Source: Marsupella aquatica (Eukaryota > Plantae > Marchantiophyta). From it: 64,000 nt of DNA. The stretch lies in contig OZ316892.1 in assembly GCA_973895155.1 (NCBI GenBank), positions 12,898,238 to 12,962,237 of the forward strand, read 5' to 3'. Made by a program: the position numbers and the translations under genes. The notes below the pieces were generated by a model. The model was not told the DNA's origin, did no database searches, and saw only the letters and a program-made list of their open reading frames with translations. Of this stretch, positions 25,001 to 37,352 are shown piece by piece (within the stretch, counting starts at the first letter, position 1; each line of letters begins with the position of its first letter).

Positions 25001-28000
25001 AGTGCATGTACTTTTCACATTTGCTCTAGAAGAGATTGTTTGAGTTCTTACACAGTTTCCAACGGGTCAGTGTTGATGGGAAATGGAATCCCATGTCAAG
25101 TTGTTGGACTTGGATCTGTAAGATTTCAGATGTTTGATGGTGCTGTGAGAACATTGAGGAATGTGAAACATATTCCCAGCATGATGAAAAATCTCATTTC
25201 ACTTGGAGTTTTAGAGGCAAATGGCCATCAGTGGAGTTCTGCTAATGGTGTCCTTCAGGTTTCAACTGGTACTAAAGTTGTATTGAAGGGAAAGAGACAT
25301 TGCAATCTATACGTTTTGGAGGGCAGTGTAGTCTGTGATGAAGCCAATGTAACCTTATCTCATGAGGAGACGGCCTGGCTGTGGCACTTCTATTTGGGCC
25401 ACATGAGTGAAAAAGGTTTGGTTATTCTTCAGAAGAAAGGATTACTTTCTAATTTGCAATCTTGTAAGTTGGAATTTTATGAGCACTGTGTGCTAGGGAA
25501 GCAGCACAGAAAACCCTTCGGAGTTGGAACTCACACCAGCAAGGAGGTACTTGAGTATGTACATAGTGATGTGTGGGGTCCAGCCCCTACTCCCTCACAT
25601 TTTGGACGGTTATACTATGTCACGTTCATAGACGATTACTCAAGGTATGTGTGGATATACTTTCTACACAATAAGTCTGATGTTTTTGCCACTTTTAAGG
25701 AGTGGAAAACCCAAGTTGAGAATCAGACTGGTAATAAGGTGAGATATCTTTGATCGGATAACGGCGGTGAATATAGTTCTGGGGAATTTGGAACGTATTG
25801 TAAGGAGTAGGGGATTACCCGCCATCTCACAATAAGTTATACTCCTCAACAGAATGGTGTTTCTGAGAGACTCAACCGAACACTATTGGACCGCTCGAGG
25901 AGTATGTTGAGTCAATCATGCTTACCACATGAGTTTTGGGTTGAAGCTGTCAACACTACAGCTTATTTGGTAAATTTTTCTCTATCCAATTTTATTGGAT
26001 TCAAGACGTCATTTGAAATGAGGTATGGGTGTCCAGCAGATTACTCACATCTGAGGATTTTTGGATGTGATGCTTATGTGCTTACACCTTCCCAGCTTCG
26101 ATCCAAGCTGGAGTCCAAGTCGAAGAAGTGCATTTTCCTTGGCTATCAGAAAGGTGTGAAGGGTTATAGGTTATGAGATCCAGTAACCTATAAACTAATT
26201 GTCAGTAGAGATGTGTCCTTTAATGAATCCAGATCATCAAAGGAGGGGGAGAGTTCTCAGGACTCCCATACTGACAAGGGGAAATCTCCCATCCCGGACC
26301 GGGTTGAGGGGGAGATTAGTCATGATGTTGTTCATGATAGGAGAGATGGAGAAGCTCCGAGCTTGGAGCTGGTTCTTGTAATGGAACAAGAGGAGCAAAT
26401 TATTGCTGGGGTACCTCAAATTCAACCAGCAGCAGCAATAGATCAACTTGAGTCATCTACTAGAAGAACTTCCAATCGTTCTACTAGAGCTCCTACCAGG
26501 TATGGTCAATGGGCAGACTCATCTAAGCTAGATGATATTGACATTGCACCTGGTGAAGATGATATGGCTTTGATCTTGGAAGAAGGAGAGCCTTCTTCGT
26601 ACAGTGAGGCTTGTGCTTCAGAGCAGAAGCATGAGTGGAATGCAACAATGTAGAGGGAGTTGCAATCTTTGAGTGACAACAAGACATGGGAGCTGGTGGA
26701 GCTTCCAAGAGGTCAGCAAGTGGTGGACAGCAAGTGCATTTACAAGTTGAAGGACAGTCCTTCAGAGGGTGGAGATAAGATCTACAAGGCAAGGCTTGTT
26801 GCCAAGGGGTTCACTCAGGAGAAATGAGTGGACTACAATGAGGTTTTTTCACCGGTGGCTAAGTATTCTACAATTCGGATCTTGTGTCAGCTTGTTGTGT
26901 TTTTTGGTTTGGTGATGGATCAGATGGATGTTGTTACTGCTTTTCTCTATGGCAACTTGGAAGGGATGATCTTCACGAGACAGCCACTAGGCTTTATGAA
27001 GAAGGGCCAAGAAAACTTAGTTTGCAGATTGTTCAAGTCCTTGTATGGATTGAAGGAGTCTCCCAGACAGTGGAACAAGTGGTTTGATAATTTCATGTTT
27101 GCTCAAGGTTTTACAAGGATGGTGTATGATCCTTGTGTGTATACGAAATCAGTCAAGAATGATGTGTTTGGTTTCATCATTCTGGTTATTTATGTGGATG
27201 ACATGCTGATTGTGGCTAAAGATCAATCTGAGGTTGACAGTCTCAAGGCAAAATTGAGTGCTGAATTCAGGATGAAGGATCTTGGTAAGGCCAAGAGGAT
27301 CTTAGGGATGGAAAATTTTAGGAACTTTGAGACTAGACAGTTGTGCTTGAGTCAAGGCCAGTATGCGAGGAAAGTACTTGCACGATTCAACATGGAGAAC
27401 TATAAGCCAGTGAGTATTCCTTTAGCTTCACATATCAAGTTATCATCGGCTGTCTCTCCTACGGATGCTATGGAGAAAGGTCTGATGACTAAGATTCCTT
27501 ATGAGAAGGCAGTAGGCAATCTGATGTATTTGATCACTTGTACTAGGCCTGACTTGGCCCTAGCGATGGGCAAGGTTAGCAGATTCATGTCAAATCTAGG
27601 GAAGGTACATTGGGAAGCTGTGAAATGGATTCTCAGGTATCTCAAGGGTACACAGGACTATGGATTACTATTTGATGACAGATCAGATAGAACGTTAGTT
27701 GGCTATGTAGATTCTGACTATGGAGGTTGTCTGGATACAAGGAGGTCTACAACTGGGTTTGTATACACTCTTGGAGGAGGATGTATCAGTTGGAAATTTA
27801 CCTTGCAGAAGTGCATATCTCAGTCTACTACAGAAGCAGAGTATGTTACAGCAGCAGAAGCAACAAAGGAAGCAATTTGGTTGGACAAGTTGATCGCGGA
27901 GATGGGTTTAGAGCATGGCAAAATGACTCTAAATTGTGATAGTCAGAGTGCTCTTCACTTGGCTGCTAACCAGGTGATGGATAGCAGGGTGAAGCACATT

Positions 28001-28710
28001 GATATCAGGTATCATTTTATCAGGCAAGCAGTGTCTGATAAAACTTTTGAGCTAGTCAAGATTGATGCAAAGCTCAATCCCGCTAATGCCTTTACCAAAG
28101 TGATTCCTTTGGAGAGTTTCTCAAGACACCGTGCTACTTTGCAGGTTTTGCAGTTGTAGTGCAAGTAGAGTTATTTAGCAATGTGTGACTATTTGTATAT
28201 AGATTACTCATTCCTGTTTGGCTACGACTTAGTTCTAGTTAACCCTTAGTTAACCCTTGTGGTTTTTAGGGGGAGACCTGGTTTGGTGATTGTCTAGAAC
28301 TTCCCGCTGAGGATTCCATATGGTAGCATTTAGTTCAGTCCCCAAGACAAGAGTCAAGGGGGAGTTTGTTAGATATTGCTCTAGTCTTGTGACTCATGAG
28401 CTAACTACAGTTAGTCTAACTCGGGTTAGGACTTAGCTAATGTTAGCGGTAGTGCTATTGTGCATATAGCCAGGGCTGATGCCAGACCCTGGTGGAACTT
28501 AGGCTCATTGTTACGGAGCTAGTTGAGAGATAGGGAGAGCTTGTGCTGTGGATGCTTGGTACGGCCGGTCGGCCTAGAGTGCAGTAAAGCTCTTATGTGT
28601 TCCCGTGGACGTAGCCTCATATGGAGGTGAACCATGTATCTATCTGTGTTGACTCTTGTGCGTTGGATGGTTCATGGGCTTGCCGTTACGAATGTCGTCT
28701 ATGCTCAACA
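22086..28710 (+). mobile_element. Full-length Ty1/copia LTR retrotransposon (Tnt1/Tork-like), inactivated
   Basis: LTRs at 22086-22429 and 28367-28710 (344 bp each, TG..CA). TSD ACCAC at 22081-22085 and 28711-28715. PBS TGGTATCAGAGC (tRNA-iMet) at 22432-22443. PPT AAGGGGGAG at 28356-28364. Domain order gag-PR-IN-RT-RH. Confidence 0.97.
24080..28159 (+). pseudogene. Copia gag-pol polyprotein, one reading frame with 7 internal stops
   Basis: Gag start MARFGGVKFEVEKYDG, zinc knuckle CWNCGKPGHMKSDC, protease WILDSA, integrase HSDVWGP/FIDDYSR/SDNGGEY, RT YVDDML, RNase H YVDSDYGG/EAEY. Stops at 24563, 24938, 25751, 25808, 26174, 26651 and 26825. Confidence 0.95.
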
Positions 28711-29768
28711 ACCACAACATAGTGCATAGAAGATGAATGTGCATACAAAAAGACTAATGTGCACATACAGGAGAATGGTATATTATATATGATTATTAAA
28801 ATGATGAGTTTTTTTTATCATTTCATTATCTTCAAAGAATATGAATAGAGAATATATTTTGATAATACTTTTATTGTCCTCTCCACTATTCACGTTCAAA
28901 GAATGGGTAGTCGGGGTTAGTTTCCCTAAAGTCACATCCATTACTCTAACCTGAGCTTCCCACATGCAAACGTGGGAATCTTCTATGGGCCAAAAGTTTG
29001 GGAAGGGTTTCGCTCAAACTATTCTACTTCGAAAAAACCTTGAAGTCCTCTATTTAAGAAACAGGTTTTGCAATTGAAACTAATCATTGTTAGTTTGCTT
29101 AACCAGTAGTGAACCAATGGCAAAATTCAGTCATATTTAGGTCAAAGGAGACTGGGTAAACCTCAGTTACCCCAAAACAGTATTAGCCAATGATGTATCC
29201 TCTCATAGATGTTCAGATCTTGACCCATCATTAAATTGGGGTGAGTGTAGTAAAGCTTTGGGGTGTATTTAGCATTCAGCTATTAATTATTCTGTCACTT
29301 AAAGATTTTTAATTTACTACACTGACATTGTTTTTTTATTTACAAATATAACATAAGTTTGGTATATTTATTTCTTTGTTACTTTGTTGAACTTGTCATT
29401 TATAAGAAAATGGCACGTTTTGTAATTTGTTTTTTAGCAATATCATCAATTTTAATTTCTTTATGGCAAAGTAATTAGAAGTAATATTACATTATTGAAC
29501 TTGTCATCTTTATGCAGAAACCTGTGGCATATTTGTGAAAAAATATATACTTTAGCAATCTTATCAAATTTATTGCCAAAGTAATTAAAAGTTTGATTAC
29601 TTCACTAAAGTCAAATCTATAGGGAAACCCGTGGTATAATTGTTTTAGGAATAATATCAATACTAATTTATTTAATGGCAAAGTAATTAAAAGTTGATTA
29701 TTTCACTAAAGTCAAATCGGTTACTCTAAGCTCATTTGCCCACATATCTTCCAAGCAAGCGAGTGATG

Positions 29769-29899
29769 GGCCAAAAGTTTGGGAAGGTTCCCTGAGATTA
29801 CTGTGCTTCGGCCAAAAGTTTGGGAAGGTTCCCGGAAATTACTCTGCTCCGGCCAAAAGTTCGGGAACGTTCCCGGAAATTACTCTGCTTCGGCCAAAA
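29769..29899. repeat. 41-bp tandem repeat (3 copies plus a partial) in the TSA promoter
   Basis: GGCCAAAAGTTTGGGAAGGTTCCCGGAAATTACTCTGCTTC-like units start at 29769, 29810, 29851 and 29892. Confidence 0.92.
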
Positions 29900-30007
29900 C
29901 CTCGAAGTCCTGTATTTAACAAAGAGGTTTTGCGATTCTGCTGAATCCCAATTCAGATCAGTGCGGAGATACACATTGGGCCTTGCAGACCTCGAGAGTG
30001 AAGAACG

Positions 30008-33000
30008 ATGTCTTCTGTAGCTATGCCGGGCGCGATTTTCCAACCTTCGACGAGCCTGGCCGTGGTGCAGCAGCGGCGAGGGCAATGCGCGACTCAGAAG
30101 CTGAAATTGACAGGCTTCTTCTCCTCGCCTCTCTGCGCTAGGTCGTCCTCCAAAAATGTGCACGGAAAGCTGACCATACTCGCGCGCGGGCACACAACGG
30201 CAGCAAGGTCGGTCGCTCCGATCGCTTCTAGTGCTGTCTCCACTGTCGGGCACGATGTCAAGAATGTGACGACCGGTTTCCGAATTTCTGAGACGTTTGC
30301 GGAGCTCAGAAAGAAAAATCAGGTTCGTTTTGGCGGGTGACGGGAATTTTGTCCATGTCGTTGAGCTTTTGGATCCCACACATGGCTTCAGCTGTCGATC
30401 CTGGAGGATTTGAAAGTTTGGCTGTTATGCACGCATTCCCTGAATGTCGATTCTTCTCCCAGCCGCTGCTTCTGTGTTTGAACCACTGGCGGACAATTGG
30501 AATTGATGGCATTATGGCGAAAAAGCAATCTTAGGATGTTGGTAAATTGACGTTCGATTCTAATTCTAGAAATTACGCTTGAATCACCGGAGAAGTTGAG
30601 ACCCCCGCCATGTTTTACCTCGAGGCTCTGGATGCGTAGAGATCGCGTGGGGTCTGCATGTCAAAGTGTTACTTTACCAATTTCTGTGGGATTCTTTTTG
30701 CTGCGATTTCCATTGCCGTGTCTCTTGCAGTCCGTTTTCTCGTGTCTCCGCTTCTCGCACCGACATGAGAACCATTACTGATGCTTGGGCCCGCTAAATT
30801 GATGTGTTACTGAAGGATGATAGGCGAATTGTTTTCTCATGTATCGTTACTATCCCTGCTTTTGGCCCTGTCCTTAATTATGCGCTTGGATTACAGAGCG
30901 ACTCATTGCAATTGGCTCAGGGTTTAGGGTTTACGGTAAATCCTAAACCCTGCAAGCTTCGGGAGGGACACGTTGGCAGGTGATCGTGTGTGAATGCATG
31001 TTTGTTATGGTCAGGGGTTGTCGGGATGGCTTCAATTTCTTTCGTCGCTGTCTCATAAATCTTTTGTCGCTCAATCTACCTGCAGGTTGCGTTTATACCG
31101 TACTTGACCGCTGGGGACCCTAACATAGAGACGACAGTGGCAGCGGCGAAGCTGCTTGAAAAGTGCGGGGCAAATATTATTGAGCTTGGAGTTCCCTACT
31201 CGGATCCTCTTGCTGATGGCCCCGTCATCCAGGCATGCAAAACCGAACTTTTCGATCTCAATGTTTAAAGCTCCGGGTTGTTGTTGCCAACAGATTCCGT
31301 GTATTCTCATTGACAACCAATGTGAAGTAATTTTTAATTCACAAGGGTTCGTTAATTCTTCTTCTCGTTCCGGGTGATGTGTCTCATAATCGGAAAACGT
31401 CGTACAGGCTGCGGCGACCAGAGCGATCAGTGGAGGCACCACCCTGGACTCTGTACTCACTTTGATGCGCGAGGTACAGAGATACTTCATTCGCAATTAC
31501 TACAATATTACTTGGTTTCATTGAGGTACCCCAGTTGAAGCCTAGATGTGGTGTACATGCATAACGATCATGGCTGTTAGTGAGGAGAGACGTCATGGTC
31601 AGCGTCACAAACTCTAAGAGACCCTGTTGTGGATGGCATGGGGGACATTTCTGAGGTTCTGCGTTAGGACAAGCAGTAACTGGTTGTAATCAACTGCGTA
31701 CATTTCCGTGGTTTTCTTCTTCGTTTTCCAGTATGGTGCTGTGATAGAGAGTACCGATCGTTTGTTTCCTTCGTCTGTGGCAGGGCTTGTCTGATATTAA
31801 GGTGCCAATTGTGATCTTCCTGTACTACAATCCCCTGTTGAAGCGTGGTGTGCGGAAGTTTTTGGAGGAGGCAAAGGCAGCAGGAGCTTCAGGTATTAAC
31901 GTGTACCACATAGTGGATAGATACCATCACCAGTCCTGTTTTAGTTTCCGTGTTATTGGCGATGGTCAATAGAAGAATATCGCTCTGCTGTGTTCTGTTC
32001 ATCTGGCCTAGGGAATATTATTGGATTCATCCTATGAACATAATTATGCTACCATGACCCTCGTGGAACTTTGCGGACTGGAATGGTTTTATGTGTGGTC
32101 TCCGTCTACTCCGAGCCTGTCGAATGAGAGTCTTAATTCTCTTGTTTGCTTGGGGAGGTTTTCCACCCGCATTGATTTTGCACATCGCAAAATGCAGCCC
32201 GTATTGCTCCTCTCTACCCTTGAGCTCTCGAACATAACTGTTATATAACCATCAATTTGTAGATCTTTCCTGCGTAGTTCTCCGATTGTTTTGAGATATT
32301 GTAATTGATTGGCATAACTAAATGTAAGCCATGGGAAGTATGCTGTCGTTCTCTTCTCACCGACCTACTAGTATCTATCTGTGTCTGCAGGCTTGGTTGT
32401 TCCTGATCTTCCACTTGAAGAGACAAGAAACTTGCGAAAACTCACTTCTGCGGCCGGTCTGGAGTTGGTAGGTCAGAAGCCACCAGTCAGTTTACTTGTT
32501 TTTTGCCTTGCATTATGTACTCTTCAAAATGCCTCCCCCCCCCTCCACTCTTCCCTCTCCCCTCCCTTCCGGAAAAGGAAACCAAAAAGAGGAAAAGCGA
32601 GAGGAAAAGAACTTAGACCCTACAACACACAAAAAGCCTGAATCTTCTGATCAAGAGTTGTATATTGCATATGTTGTCAGGTTTTGCTAACAACACCAAC
32701 TACACCCACAGTTCGAATGGAAGCTATTGTGGACGCTTCTCAAGGTTTCGTTTATCTGGTGAGCAAAATAAACTTTTGTCATGCATCTGACCTCAGGACC
32801 GGCAGACAGTCTAAATAAATAGGTTTTGTTGTTTAGTTGATTCTTTAGTTGGCCTATTCAGTCTTCCCTATCGCACTTCATGTCCGTTACAAATGATATT
32901 GCTGAAAATTTTATCGAAGATATTGAAGCAATTCCTGGCCGGATGAATATGCGTCGCTGTTTCCGAAGCTATAATTAATAGCAAGCCTTGCGTTGAATCT

Positions 33001-33614
33001 GTCATCACTGCGTGCGTTCAGTTTATGCCTTGTTGTTTTTTCCCTTGCAGGTAAGTCTGACTGGAGTGACCGGGGCACGTGCCTCAATCGATGCTCGGGT
33101 TGAGGGTCTTGTAAAGGATATCAAGAAGGTTCGCAGTTCTTATGGACCCTTCTTTTCACAAGTTAAGTTTTAAACGAAGCAGACATTGAAAATGCTTCCG
33201 ATTATAACCGAAGGTCTGTTGGTGTAATGTAGGCATCTGACAAACCTGTTGCAGTTGGCTTTGGAGTATCAACACCGGAACAGGCTGCTAAGGTACAGTA
33301 CTACATTTTTCAGCGAAGCACTTCCTAGAATTTCACTTCCGTTATGGTCACTTTGTGCCAATTATTGTGCTTTCTTCCCCTCTGCTGATACAACTGTAGG
33401 CATGTTATAGTTCTTGCTAAATAATTCTGTCGAATGTCGTGCATGGCAGCTAGTGGAATGGGGTGCAGACGGAGTGATAATTGGCAGTAAAGTAGTCAAA
33501 CTTCTTGGTGAGAGTGGATCGCCAGAGGCGGGGCTAAAAGCTGTTGAGGACTTTGCGGTTGTAGTTCGGGCTGCTCTCGCACGAGATAATCCTCTTGTGT
33601 CCCCTCTCGATTGA
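30008..33614 (+). CDS. TSA1: Tryptophan synthase alpha subunit, plastid-targeted, 9 exons
   Basis: Exons 30008-30322, 31086-31232, 31408-31473, 31784-31892, 32391-32467, 32681-32758, 33051-33128, 33233-33292 and 33450-33614. Motifs [55 protein letters not shown] and GADGVIIGS, plus a Ser/Ala-rich transit peptide. Confidence 0.95.
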
Positions 33615-36111
33615 TCCTGTGGGCAGCGAGAGAATCTCCAAGTTCATATACAATGAGTCTGCCGAAGGGTCTGTTTATCTCAGATTCGAAAGTAGTATTT
33701 TGAAACCGTGAGGTCTGCAAATTATGGAATAAGTCAGGTATTACTGGCTTCCATTTCACTCACAACAAGATGGGCGATTGGTCTACGTCAGAACTGACTT
33801 GGCACGAGAAATAGATTTTTGTACTTTCTTCGCTCGAGATGAGGTCGATTTTTGGACCCCTTTCCAGATACCAGATGGAGTGTCACGGAGAGGGTGAGGT
33901 AATTTTTGAATGGACATCACTGCAGTGACCGTCCGTCCTCAGTTTTGATTGTGATGATCAATTCAATTTGTCAAATAAAATGGCTCTGAGGTGCTTCCAG
34001 TATATCACATTTGAGAATGTGCGGCAAACCCTGTCGATTGGTTTCGGCTATTCGGCTGTGGTCCCCCTGTTCACGTGGGCTGCCCGGGTGTTGCTGTGTT
34101 GATGTTTAAAACGAAACGCTCATTCGAGGCAAAATTCCTGTGTCGATGTCCTGGATTGTAATCAATTTAGCTTACGGAGGAAGCAGCGGTAAACACCTGA
34201 TCCACCCGTTGTCGAGTAGCGACCAATTCCGTGGCATTTTGCACCTCTGAGCCCGACGAGAAAAGTCCTGATCTCTTACCCGGAAAGAAAAGTTTGGAAC
34301 ACATGACTTGACCCTTGCATACAGCTGTATGAAGTTCACTTGATCTTTCGGGATAAACTCCCATGTGTTTGAGGAGTTTGGTATATGAGAGCTATACTAA
34401 GATTTTGGATGGCATTTTCCCTGCTCTCTTCAATATTGTCTTTGTTCTTCCTCGCTGATTAAAATTATTACATAATAATAGAACTGAAACTATCATAAGA
34501 TATTCTGGAGCAGAGTCAAGGGCTGTCTCTAACCAAATCAACCTGAGGCTGGTCTTAAGAAATCGAGGAAGAAGAGCAAAATGACAAGAATGATTTGGGA
34601 GGAGACTTTCGATAGTACCATAGATTGCGTAGCTCGGGAGTTAGTGTTGTTCAGAGTACAGAAGCAATAAATAGCTATCAAAGATAGCTTGTAACATAAC
34701 TAACTCTTCCGCAATACAATCTATGGTTCACACGCTCCATAGTTCACCAGCAATGCAAAAGCTCTCCCGGAAAAAAACCATTGATTACTCCCACAGTTCG
34801 GGTGGTGCCGGACGTTTGCATCCCTGGTAGAGCACTGTTCAGTTTATACTACAGCACGTAATCAATGAATACATGTAAGTAGATTTTTAGATCGAGGCTG
34901 GTATTCATGGTTCTCCCAGTTCTTGTCTTCGAAGCTTCAAGGGCGGTGACCCTCACCCCTACTGAGACCGAGAGTTTGACAGGATTTTCCTCAGATTCCA
35001 AACTAATTGACCTGCCGAATGCGGTAGAATCATGACAAACTGAGATAATGGAAATCCAGAATGTCTCCAGTGAGCACCAATCGTTACATGTACGTCAGTG
35101 AGTGGAGTTTATCATGAGGAGCCCGGGAAAGTGTCCAGCCTGCATGTATTTGGGATGTTGTTGGCCGTACCTGAGCTATTCCGCCATGTAAATCTGAATT
35201 GGAGACTGGAAGGTGCTCTTCGCAGTGCACATGATAGAATACTAATAGGAAATCATATACATGGATCCGTGATTCAACATAGTTTATAGTGCATGCGGGT
35301 GTCTTGTTCTGATGGAGATGTCGACCACCCTGGCCATTGCGAGCTGTCGTGGGTCATCCGCCTCAGGTCATGCTCGGTCTTCAGAAATTACAATGAGTTC
35401 GCTAAGCTCTGAGCGAGAGGATCGTTGGTACGTAACATAGCTTGAGAAGGATAGGATGTACAACTGGTCGGCCACTGGCAAAGTCTTTCAGTATATTTTT
35501 TGGGACTGTTAAATCCACCCCGTACATTCATTAAGTCCACCCCAATTTTATTATTTCCAGTCCAGCTCACCTATCTAATTCACACCCTTCCTACTTCTGG
35601 AAGTTTTGGGGGCACTTTACAATAACCAGCAGACACGTCTGATACCATTTTCCCATACCAATTCACCTGGAAGCCAAAACATCAGAAAGAATCAATGGTA
35701 AGGAGAGACTAAAATCAATGTAAGAAGATCAACGATCATAAAGTGTAAGCTAAAAACTGGTTCGTCCTCTTGATCAGAATTTTTTATCGGGAATTTTCCA
35801 CTACAAAATAGATGAGAGTACATGACACACACTTGGGGATTTCATTTCGATAGAATTTGCACAACAAGTAAGTGTACAACAAATAATATGCTCACATTAT
35901 TAGTTCTTAAGGAAAACTAAGCTTTTTAATCCAATCTTGAGTCTTGCAAGAACATTAGGGTCCTTTAATTTCAATCATATTTTTGAAACATTCCACTAAT
36001 ATTCTAACTTTATAAGGATGATTTTTTTATAAAAAATCTTACACTTTAGGGGGTCTAAGGCTTAAGAACTTTGCAGGTGACAGGGTGCCTCTATATATTG
36101 AGACCTGAGGA

Positions 36112-36467
36112 TGTTAGGAAAGATCGCACAGCACAACGTCACTGAGAACTAGCTTAAACAAATCAACACCGACACTTAGATACATGATTCACCCCATTTG
36201 GGCTACGTCCACGGCCGAGAGAAGAATCCTTATGCACAAACCAGCATATCTGCCATAGCCTGGCAAGCTCACAAGCTGTTCTATGACATTCCTCTTCTCT
36301 CTCTCCAAATCTCAACTCCTAAAACTGATATCTAAAGTATGAGCACAATGAAGTGCTCTCACAAGGGTATACCCCCTCTCCACTAGTCTAACCCAGCAAC
36401 CCTTAACCATAGTTAGTCTGCGCCCTAGTTAACCTAATCAGGCACTAGATCGAGTTAAGTACCAACA
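36112..36467 (-). mobile_element. Solo copia-type LTR (356 bp)
   Basis: TG...CA ends and perfect TSD GAGGA (36107-36111 and 36468-36472). The reverse strand carries the ccgtggacgtagcc..ggtgaatcatgtatct motif seen in the other LTRs. Confidence 0.85.
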
Positions 36468-37352
36468 GAGGAACACAAGCACAAGCAAACAAAGAGCCAG
36501 GGACCCAGTTCAGTCCAAATAAGGTAATAAACTTTCAAACCAAGTGGCATCCTCACATTTGTAATGTGGACTTAATTTGGCCAAAGACAATAATTCTACA
36601 ATGGAGATTCATTTGAGAGATGCAAGGAAAAATTGCAAACTTACTACTGCCTCAGCTTGTTTTGTGAAGTGCCCCTTGCATCAACAAATTTCTATTTTTG
36701 ATTTCTCCTTAGTTTTATATAGTTAGTGGATATATTACAAGTGGCTTGTAGAGATCTTTCCAAGAGTGGAGCAAATAGTCTTTACAAGGTCAGGGTAAAC
36801 TAGTTTCTAAGCAAATGGTTCTCTTGTGATTATGAGTACTTCCAGATAATTACATTTACGTAGCAAAGTAATTATTCCCAGGATTTTGAGTCATTAAAAT
36901 AAATCTACTAAGATGCTGATTTGAGCCCCTCCGCCAAGGTTTTTGTATCACCTAGTTAATATACACTATTTCATCAAAGATAGTCTAAAGAGTTTGTAGC
37001 CAATAGACTCTGTAGCCTAGTAGTATCAATAGGGCTGGTAGCCTAGGTTTGTATATGATTCTGCTATACATTTATTAACTACTATCCCAATAACCGTGAT
37101 ATATATGCACATTATTGTTGATAGTAAGTGATGCTGATATATATGCACATTATTGTTGATAGTAAGTGATGCTGGATGGAAATATTACTGAGCATGTGAG
37201 AGGGCCAAGCAGTTGGCTGATGTGGGGATATTGTCATAATCAAATGGCAAGGGAGGCTTCCTGCCAGAAAGACATTTTGTAAACAAATCATCTAAAAGAA
37301 AAAGTAGTACTTTATATTATAGTGCTTATACTACTTCCCTAGCATGCCAATA

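Noticed and set aside
29769-29899. CRISPR-like look of the 41-bp repeats
   Set aside because: Contiguous tandem units without unique spacers, no cas genes, eukaryotic context.
29798-30379. 193-aa minus-strand ORF
   Set aside because: Antisense to TSA exon 1 and the promoter repeats; no recognisable domain.
30941-30952. CTAAACCCT as a telomerase RNA template
   Set aside because: It lies in a Pol II intron with no recognisable USE/TATA type-3 promoter at a suitable spacing.
33900-35700. Possible gene downstream of TSA
   Set aside because: Scattered splice-like motifs but no coherent ORF or homology; cannot be supported without transcripts.
37098-37173. Small perfect tandem duplications (38 bp here; 21 bp at ~14172; 30 bp at ~55618)
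   Set aside because: Ordinary slippage or repair duplications with no sign of function.
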